Source of the DNA: an uncultured Spirochaetaceae bacterium
GTDB lineage: Bacteria > Spirochaetota > Spirochaetia > Sphaerochaetales > Sphaerochaetaceae
Assembly: GCA_946410375.1 (NCBI GenBank)
Contig: CAMKAB010000001.1
Span: 1 to 24,080, forward strand
Direction: 5' to 3'
DNA: 24,080 bases
The position numbers and the translations under genes were made by a program. Under the pieces are notes generated by a model, which was given only the letters and a program-made list of their open reading frames with translations, was not told the origin of the DNA and did not search any database. Below, one piece after another: positions 17,705-24,080 of the stretch (position 1 is its first letter; the number at the start of each line of letters is the position of its first letter).

Positions 17705-17765
17705 TAAAATTATTCTGATTCAAAGCCCCCCTATTCATTCGGGATGCGAACTCTTTTCAGAGTAA

Positions 17766-19127
17766 TCAGCGCACAATCCCGCTCGTTCCGTCCGGCGGAA
17801 GCATATCTGTTCTCTGCCAAAGCCTCTTCGCAACTTCCGCAGCCTTCGCGTAAATCTCGTTCTCGTCTATACCGACAAACTTGTGATCCTCATAAACAAG
17901 ACGTCCGTTCACAAACACGCTTTCCACAATATTGCTGCTCATGCCCCACACAAGGTGGCCGCCGATATTCTCCGCCACCAGCGGAGTCGGATTCTTATAG
18001 TTCAAAATGTCCAAATCCGCCTTATATCCCGCTTCAATGCGTCCGAACCTGCCCGGGAAGTACTTCTCAACAAAATCATTCGCATGGGTGAGAGCGTTCA
18101 GATAATCGCCCGGCCAGTACGGCATTTTCGCATCCCTGTTCTTAAGGAACGCAATCTTTGATTCCTCGAACATATTGCTTCCGCAGCCGTCGGTGCCCAG
18201 AACAAGGTTCTTCATCTTCGGAAGATTATGATTTATGCCGACCTGATTGTTCATATTGCTTCTCGGATTATGGGCGATGTAGCAACCGCGCTCGTTCATA
18301 AGCTCGATTTCGTGCTCGTTCAGATAAATGCCGTGGACAAGGAGCGTTTTATCGTTCAAAAGACCGTGCTTATCAAGCCTGTCCATAATATCCATATTGT
18401 AGAAATGATGGCTCCAAACCTCATCGTACTCACCTTCAGCCACATGAAGGTGCATTCCGCGACCCGTGATTTTAGCCGAATCCGCAAGCATTTCCATTCC
18501 TTCCTCGGGAATGGTAAACGGCGCATGACCGCCCACCATCGCCTCGCAAAGGACATTCTCTCCGCGAGCCTTGCGGGCGTCAACTTCTTTCGCAAAACGG
18601 ATACCTTCTTCTACGCCCTCTTTAATCTCCTTCATGCCGTAATTTCTATCCGTAATGCCGTATGCGGTGATTCCTCTGAGCCCCGTTTCTTCCATTCCGC
18701 GGGCCAGGGCGGAAAGGCTTCCCGTTATGTAATTCGGACTTTCATGGTGATCAATACACGTCGTGGTGCCGTTTCTGATTGCATCAAGAGAACAGATAAG
18801 AGAACTGTAATAGAGGGATTCCTCATCAAGCGCCCTGTCCAAACGCCACCACCATTCCTTTAAAATCTGAATCAAGTCCGTCTGAGGACCTGCGGAAATG
18901 AGCATTGCGCGGGAAAGACCGCTGTAATAGTGATGATGAGCGCAAATGAAACCCGGCATCACCGTTTTCCCCGTTCCGTCTATCACCTTGTCAGCTTTAT
19001 AATTGCCGGCTATTCCCTTTCCGACTTCTTTAATAATATCGTTCTCGATAACAATATCCTGATCCTCCAAAACCGCAGTCGGAGCTTTAGTCTGCAAAAC
19101 CCTAGTATTTTTAATTACCGTAATCAT
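17766..19127 (-). CDS. ssnA: SsnA-type amidohydrolase
   Basis: MPGFICAHHHYYSGLSR, WWRLDRALDEE, GTTTCIDHHESP, VGGHAPFT, HLHVAEG, HNPRSNMNNQVG and LGTDG. I placed the start at ATG 19127 behind GGGAGG; the ORF track starts at 19223. Confidence 0.9.
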   Translation of the reverse strand: MITVIKNTRVLQTKAPTAVLEDQDIVIENDIIKEVGKGIAGNYKADKVIDGTGKTVMPGFICAHHHYYSGLSRAMLISAGPQTDLIQILKEWWWRLDRALDEESLYYSSLICSLDAIRNGTTTCIDHHESPNYITGSLSALARGMEETGLRGITAYGITDRNYGMKEIKEGVEEGIRFAKEVDARKARGENVLCEAMVGGHAPFTIPEEGMEMLADSAKITGRGMHLHVAEGEYDEVWSHHFYNMDIMDRLDKHGLLNDKTLLVHGIYLNEHEIELMNERGCYIAHNPRSNMNNQVGINHNLPKMKNLVLGTDGCGSNMFEESKIAFLKNRDAKMPYWPGDYLNALTHANDFVEKYFPGRFGRIEAGYKADLDILNYKNPTPLVAENIGGHLVWGMSSNIVESVFVNGRLVYEDHKFVGIDENEIYAKAAEVAKRLWQRTDMLPPDGTSGIVR

Positions 19128-19312
19128 ATTTTCCTCCCGAAAATCAAAATTATTTTGATAAGCGGAGCGACGCACAGCCTGTGACGCATCCTCTAAAGAA
19201 GAGTCCGTACACGGAGCATGCAACGCATCTGCCGCCCTGCGCCCGCTTCCGCCTTTAACAATCTGTCGTAAAAAGAATCAAAGGAAGCGCTGCCGTCTCT
19301 CCCGCATTCTCT

Positions 19313-19354
19313 AAAAGAAAAAGCACCCGCACCTCAAAACCGAAGCGCGGATGC
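19313..19354 (-). terminator. Intrinsic terminator-like hairpin after ygfK
   Basis: Minus strand reads GCATCCGCGC-TTCGGTTTTGAG-GTGCGGGTGC-TTTTTCTTTT. Confidence 0.7.
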
Positions 19355-19368
19355 AAAGTCAGAGTTTT

Positions 19369-22300
19369 TTATTCATCTACTCTTCCAAGGAGATAATCAT
19401 AACTAAAGAAAATCTTCTCAATCAGGTCTCTTACGAGCTCAGGAATATCTCCGAGCACGTTTCCGTCCTTATCAACGGAGCATTCCTTAATATCGCCGAA
19501 AAGACGAACCTTAACCTTGTCTCCGTCCACGATAAATCCGCTGTTCACGCTATCGGCGAAGTCGTCCTCTCTGGAGAACACGGTGAACTTGTCCTTGTAC
19601 GGTCTGCCGTTATGATTGCAGAACGCCGCGCAGTTTCCGCACTCGTTGCAGTATGCGTCAATATGCACAATCTGGAACGGATCGTCGCTGAACTCGCTGT
19701 CCCTCATATCAATCGCAAGATTCGCCCTGTTCGGACACACGTCAACGCACTTCGAACAGTAGTACGTGCAATCCATACATCTCGCCGCTTCCTGCTTGGC
19801 GAACTTCTCCGCATCCTTGCAAATCTTATCAGCCTTAGGGCACATATGAGTCTTGCTGAACTGAATGTCTTTAAAGAAATTCTCTTCCTGCTCCTCCAAA
19901 GCTTCGTCATCGCAATCGTGGCCGCCGCAGCCGCATTCTTCGCACTCGTCATCATCGCAACAACAACCATCCTCGTGATGATGTTCGCACCCGCATCCGC
20001 ATTCGCACTCGTCTTCTTCGTACTCCTCGCCGTCTCCGAGTTCCTTATCAAGAGTGTCCTCAACAGCCGCCCTTGCGGAAGCAATGCAACGCACGATTGT
20101 GGAAGGACCGGACGCCATATCTCCGATTGCATACACATCGGACACCTTCGTCTCGCCCGTTTCCTTATTCACATCAGGCCAGCCCTTCTCTGTCAGAGGA
20201 ATGCCGAATGCCGTTACGGCCTCTCCGTCCACATGCTCTCCGATTGCCGTGATAAGAGTGTCGCAAGGAATCGAAACGGTTTCCGAAGTTTCAACAGGGC
20301 GTCTTCTGCCGGATGCATCAGGCTCGCCTAAAGCCATCTTAACGCAAGTGAGATTTCCGCCCTGAATGCACTTAGGGTTCGCAAGGAAATAGAAGGAGAT
20401 TCCGTCCGCAAGCGCGCTCTGATATTCCTCAGGGTCGGCAGGCATTTCTTTCTGCGTTCTTCTGTACACAACGCTAACCTTATCCACTCCCGGACATCTC
20501 TTAGCCGCTCTTGCGCAATCCATAGCGGTATTTCCGCCTCCTGTGATAACGACATTGCGTCCAAGCTTCGCATTTCCCGCCTTAAATGCGGAAAGGAACT
20601 CAAGAGAGCCCTGAACTGCGCTCGCATCGCCCTCAACCTTGATTGCATTATCAAGTTCGGAACCCACCGCGTAGTAAATATACTTATAACCTGCGTCTTT
20701 CAACGCCTTAATCGTTACATCTTCAGGCTTTACATTAAAGACGAACTTCACGCCGTGAGCCTTGACATGGTCAACATCCGCCTGAACCACCTCCGGAGCG
20801 ATTCTGAAATTCGGAATGATATTCGCCACAACTCCGCCGGCATTCGCCTCTTTCTCGAAAATAGTCGTATCAAACCCGCTTCTCGCAAGGAAATACGCCG
20901 CGGAAAGCCCCGCAGGACCCGCTCCCACAACAGCCGTCTTCACATCCACCGGCTCTTCCGGCTTTTCAAAATAATCTTTCAGGTAGCCTTCCGTTCCTTT
21001 CTCAACAGCGATCTTCTTCATCTGGCGAATCTGCACCGGACCTTCGTAGTCCATTCTGGCGCAGTGATACATGCACTGATGATCGCAGATATTGCATGTC
21101 ATATTAGGCAGCGCGTTGTCCTCATAAATAAGAGAAAGAGCCTCCGCATAATGCCCGTCGCCCACAAGGTGCACATAATCAGGAATGTCCTGATGAATAG
21201 GACACGCTTCAACACACGGAGAAATGAAACAGTTGAACATCGGAAGATCCTCGTTCACCTTCGCCTTGTAATCGCCGCGGAACTCCTTCTGAATATAGAA
21301 CGCCTTCTGCGCGTTCTCGGAAAGGGCTTTAACAGCGGCAGGATCAATAACGGTTCTTCCCCATTCGCGGCTTTCCGCATCAAGGAGCGTTGCCATGTTT
21401 TCCATTCTCGCGTATCCGCCCGGTTTAAGCATATCGGTGGCGAGAGTGATAGGTCGAATTCCCGTATCGAAAATATCTTTTACAGAGTAAATCGTTGCGC
21501 CGCCAGAATATGAAATAGGAAGCGTCCCGTTAAACTCCTCGGAGAGGCGCGCCGCCACGGTGCTTGAAATCGGAAGCAATGCGCGTCCTGACATATAGCG
21601 TTCTTCGCCTTCGAAAATATTTTCGTTGTTCACGTTCGCAAGGGTGTTGGTAAGCTTTACTCCGAATCCCAGCCCTTCTTTCTTTGCAAGGTCCACAAGA
21701 CGGTGCAACATCGCAACCGCATCAGGGTACTGGAGGTCATGCTCAAAAGTCTCTCTTTTCAACTCCACATGATTAAAGCCGATTCCGTCCAGAATTTCGC
21801 GAACCTTATCATATCCGAGCAAGGTCGGGTTCAGTTTTACAAACGTATTAAGATGTTTCTCCGTAAGCATATACGAACAAATCGCTTCAATCTCTTTCGG
21901 AGGACAGCCGTGCATTGTGGAAATAGTCACGGACGGAGAAATATTCGCGCTGATTCTCTCTGAGAGCCCCTCGAGAGCGCCCGCATTCGCTTCCAAATCG
22001 GTTCCTTCAAAGAACTCGCCCTCTTTGATGAGCGCTTCCAGCTCCTCCTTATACTGCTTAAAGAGAGGACGGGTATTCGCATCTATCATCCCATTGATAT
22101 AGTCCTGCATCTTCGGCTGCTTGATGCCTTCAAGATTATAACCCACGGACATATTGAAAATAAAATCGGGTTCCGCTTTTTCACCGGTCAAAAGAGCCTG
22201 CAAAACATGAACTGCGAACCATGCCTTGATGTACTCGTCGTACGCCTTGGGAAGAGTGTACTCCGTACTCCACTCAACGTTATGTCCTTCATCACGAGCA

Positions 22301-22605
22301 TCGATACACGGCTTTGAAATCATATTCTTTTCGCCCAAATAGTCCATAATCTGAACCGTTTTGAGCTCCATAAATCGTCCGCCCGTGAGGTATGAAGACA
22401 CAATATTCTGCGCTAACTGCGTGTGAGGTCCCGCGGCAGGGCCGAGCGGGGTGGCACAGGTCTGACCGAAAATCTTAACGCTGTTTTTTCCGCCCTTATA
22501 AAAGTTCTCTCTGTGAATGCCGAAAATACTTCCGTGATTGCGATACTCGGTAAACATTCTTCTAATCAGTTCCTGAAAAGGAATAGGTCTCATTTTGTCG
22601 CTCAT
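19369..22605 (-). CDS. ygfK: YgfK-type Fe-S flavoprotein oxidoreductase (annotated 'putative selenate reductase subunit'; purine catabolism)
   Basis: N-terminus MSDKMRPIPF..GPAAGPHTQLAQN..ELKTVQ and TISTMHGCPP, GVKLTNTL..MSGRAL. GltD-like core CP.HQDIP, VGAGPAGL and TGGGNTAMD. C-terminal CMDC..C.KCVDVCPNRAN and CNECGNC. I placed the start at ATG 22605 behind AGGAG; the ORF track starts at 22695. Confidence 0.93.
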   Translation of the reverse strand: MSDKMRPIPFQELIRRMFTEYRNHGSIFGIHRENFYKGGKNSVKIFGQTCATPLGPAAGPHTQLAQNIVSSYLTGGRFMELKTVQIMDYLGEKNMISKPCIDARDEGHNVEWSTEYTLPKAYDEYIKAWFAVHVLQALLTGEKAEPDFIFNMSVGYNLEGIKQPKMQDYINGMIDANTRPLFKQYKEELEALIKEGEFFEGTDLEANAGALEGLSERISANISPSVTISTMHGCPPKEIEAICSYMLTEKHLNTFVKLNPTLLGYDKVREILDGIGFNHVELKRETFEHDLQYPDAVAMLHRLVDLAKKEGLGFGVKLTNTLANVNNENIFEGEERYMSGRALLPISSTVAARLSEEFNGTLPISYSGGATIYSVKDIFDTGIRPITLATDMLKPGGYARMENMATLLDAESREWGRTVIDPAAVKALSENAQKAFYIQKEFRGDYKAKVNEDLPMFNCFISPCVEACPIHQDIPDYVHLVGDGHYAEALSLIYEDNALPNMTCNICDHQCMYHCARMDYEGPVQIRQMKKIAVEKGTEGYLKDYFEKPEEPVDVKTAVVGAGPAGLSAAYFLARSGFDTTIFEKEANAGGVVANIIPNFRIAPEVVQADVDHVKAHGVKFVFNVKPEDVTIKALKDAGYKYIYYAVGSELDNAIKVEGDASAVQGSLEFLSAFKAGNAKLGRNVVITGGGNTAMDCARAAKRCPGVDKVSVVYRRTQKEMPADPEEYQSALADGISFYFLANPKCIQGGNLTCVKMALGEPDASGRRRPVETSETVSIPCDTLITAIGEHVDGEAVTAFGIPLTEKGWPDVNKETGETKVSDVYAIGDMASGPSTIVRCIASARAAVEDTLDKELGDGEEYEEDECECGCGCEHHHEDGCCCDDDECEECGCGGHDCDDEALEEQEENFFKDIQFSKTHMCPKADKICKDAEKFAKQEAARCMDCTYYCSKCVDVCPNRANLAIDMRDSEFSDDPFQIVHIDAYCNECGNCAAFCNHNGRPYKDKFTVFSREDDFADSVNSGFIVDGDKVKVRLFGDIKECSVDKDGNVLGDIPELVRDLIEKIFFSYDYLLGRVDE

Positions 22606-22798
22606 AGTATTCTCCTGATAAAGTCTATTACGGGTTTGGATACATAAAATCCCTTTTAAAGCCTGATTTTCTTCTCCGTTTTTATCAGATTTCAATCTGT
22701 GTCTCTTACGAACGCTTTAATGAAATTCTACATATCCCGCACTCTTTCAAGGAACTTCCGGGCCTCTTTCAGCCCGGAAAAGTTTTCCTTCATATTCA

Positions 22799-22826
22799 AT
22801 TTTAAATCACTTTTATTAGAAGTCAA
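22799..22826 (-). promoter_or_regulatory. Putative sigma70-type promoter for ygfK
   Basis: Minus strand reads TTGACT (22826-22821), 16 nt, TAAAAT (22804-22799). Identified by pattern only. Confidence 0.5.
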
Positions 22827-22827
22827 C

Positions 22828-22852
22828 GATTTTTTTGCAACAAATTGCAACA
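22828..22852. promoter_or_regulatory. Putative transcription-factor operator, copy 2
   Basis: GATTTTTTTGCAACAAATTGCAACA, with the dyad-symmetric core TTGCAA-CAAA-TTGCAA at 22835-22850 directly upstream of the predicted -35. Confidence 0.65.
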
Positions 22853-22873
22853 GGCAAACTGCAAATCATAACA

Positions 22874-22982
22874 GGCAAATTATAATAAGGTGCAACACGT
22901 CTTGTTCACATGGGAATTCGGACTCTTCTCATCTTTGCAATGTTCGGGCAAATTGCAATAAGGTGCAACATGTCTTGTTCAC
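22874..22982. repeat. 36-bp direct repeat pair
   Basis: GGCAAATT(AT/GC)AATAAGGTGCAACA(C/T)GTCTTGTTCAC at 22874-22909 and 22947-22982: 33/36 identical, with a 37-bp spacer. Confidence 0.9.
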
Positions 22983-23023
22983 TCTTTACGAAAAGAAGGA
23001 CTCCGGACGGGAGAGAAGGCTCC

Positions 23024-23112
23024 ATACCCGGGAAGACTCTATACCCGGGAAGATTCAGTACAGCGCCGGGGAAGATTCACTACCGGAATAGGCTCTGAAC
23101 AGGCGAAGATTC
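23024..23112. repeat. Degenerate short tandem repeat, core (CC)GGGAAGA(C/T)TC
   Basis: ATACCCGGGAAGACTCT (23024-23040) and ATACCCGGGAAGATTCA (23041-23057), followed by degenerate GCCGGGGAAGATTCA and GGCGAAGATTC copies. Confidence 0.75.
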
Positions 23113-23208
23113 TTTCCTCTACGGTCAGGACGACTTCCCTTCCTTTCCGACAAAACAGACGAAAAACAGCAAAATAACTTTGTTCAAATCCGTTTTTTTC
23201 GTACAAAC

Positions 23209-23242
23209 AAAAAAAGACTGCCGCATTTTTATGCGACAGTCT
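23209..23242 (-). terminator. Intrinsic terminator after the right-edge gene
   Basis: Minus strand reads AGACTGTCGCAT-AAAA-ATGCGGCAGTCT-TTTTTT: a 12-bp stem with one G-U pair. Confidence 0.88.
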
Positions 23243-23269
23243 CTATGCCCGAATCCTTCAGACATTAAA

Positions 23270-24079
23270 CTAATTCCTCTCCTCATATGTCTTTACCAAA
23301 CGGATGGAACATCCACTATATCTAGGACGCGAGTCTTCATACGGTTGTATGCTAGATCCTGAAAAAAACAAACTAATTGCCATATTCCTGTCATATTCAT
23401 ATGTTGGTGTAGAAGTCCAATAGTATCCACTTTCTAAAACACCGGAATAATAATCTTCAGACCGATACCCGACAGCAGGAAGGAACACCGCTCCGGACGC
23501 TTCCATTGCCGCCCACTCGTCAGCATTATATTCATTAGCAGCAAATCCGCCATTTGTGCCGCTTGTAAAAGAGCATTCTTCCGGCAAAGTCCATTCATCC
23601 GGCAAAAGAACAAAACCGGTAACTACCCTGTGATTATCAGGACTTATTGCAGCTAATCCGTACTTATCCGCAGCGCCATCCCTTGTTTCCAAAAGATAAG
23701 CAAACTCGTCTGCACTTAACCCACTCCACTTTTCTCCGCCAATAGTCAGACCATCTGCAAAAAACGAATCATCAACGCTTGCAGCGGAATCATCATAAGG
23801 TGTAGCTATTGCAACCTCCGCACTCTTGCTCCAATAGAACAAACCTACATCGCCGCTTGAAGTGCCTGTGGTAGAATAAACGCCTCCTATGTAAGCATCC
23901 TTCCCGCTCCAGCTCCTGAAGTCGTACTGATTCTCCTCAAATGCAAACTCTTTCGTTGCGCTGGTATAGTACAGGTTGCCTTTTGAGAACACAACTGTTT
24001 TGTAAGCGCTTACCGAGAACGGATAAACAGGCTTCTCCCACACCGCATAAAGCGTAGCATCCTCAGTTACAGAAACTAT
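23270..24079 (-). CDS. 5'-truncated probable surface/secreted protein: end of an InlB B-repeat-like (Flg_new) unit plus a Bacteroidales-type C-terminal domain (Fibrobacter-major-domain/C-lectin-like)
   Basis: The frame is open to the window edge (IVSVTEDATLYAVWEKP), so the GTG at 24043 is internal. Motifs VVFSKGNLYY..FAFEENQYD, VFLPAVGYR..GYYWTST..A..L.F....R..GCSIRLV. Confidence 0.75.
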   Translation of the reverse strand: MVSVTEDATLYAVWEKPVYPFSVSAYKTVVFSKGNLYYTSATKEFAFEENQYDFRSWSGKDAYIGGVYSTTGTSSGDVGLFYWSKSAEVAIATPYDDSAASVDDSFFADGLTIGGEKWSGLSADEFAYLLETRDGAADKYGLAAISPDNHRVVTGFVLLPDEWTLPEECSFTSGTNGGFAANEYNADEWAAMEASGAVFLPAVGYRSEDYYSGVLESGYYWTSTPTYEYDRNMAISLFFSGSSIQPYEDSRPRYSGCSIRLVKTYEERN

Positions 24080-24080
24080 G

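Noticed and set aside
19351-21513. Long plus-strand ORFs (19351-20331, 20755-21513) and similar ones at 8814-9545, 16168-16968 and 18228-18863
   Set aside because: All are antisense to well-supported genes, as expected from codon bias in GC-richer coding DNA, and none has protein-like motifs.
22874-22982. CRISPR array call for the 36-bp repeat / 37-bp spacer
   Set aside because: There are only two copies with three mismatches, no cas gene in the window, and the repeat overlaps promoter-proximal operator-like sites. Kept as a plain repeat.
23270-23460. DGR variable region in the right-edge gene
   Set aside because: Loop codons (aca cca aca tat gaa, ata caa ccg) show no NNC bias and the reading frame continues past the final beta strand.

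Overview
Bacterial chromosomal window. It probably comes from a host-associated anaerobe, most likely a spirochaete; this is an inference from the protein families present. Most of it (about 5.6-22.6 kb, all minus strand) is an anaerobic purine/urate catabolism gene cluster: ygfK, ssnA, a three-subunit xanthine-dehydrogenase-family Mo enzyme (xdhA/C/B-like), an 8-oxoguanine-deaminase-like amidohydrolase, ygfM-like, xdhD, ygeY and ygeW. hyuA, dpaL/ygeX and arcC/yqeA are not in the window. The left end has a 5'-truncated alanine/glycine:cation symporter, an Rpn (PD-(D/E)XK) nuclease and an AT-rich block of five small genes. The last of these five encodes a DUF1566/C-type-lectin-like lipoprotein whose 3' end has the codon signature of a diversity-generating retroelement (DGR) variable region, but I found no template repeat or reverse transcriptase in the window. 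The right end has a 5'-truncated secreted-type protein with an InlB B-repeat-like end and a Bacteroidales-style C-terminal domain. Other notable points are an 11-Cys/4-His acidic insertion in YgfK, a 25-bp motif (core TTGCAA-N4-TTGCAA) shared by the ygfK and ygeY promoter regions, and several intergenic direct and inverted repeats. All calls were made by eye from the sequence and ORF track; no database searches were run.
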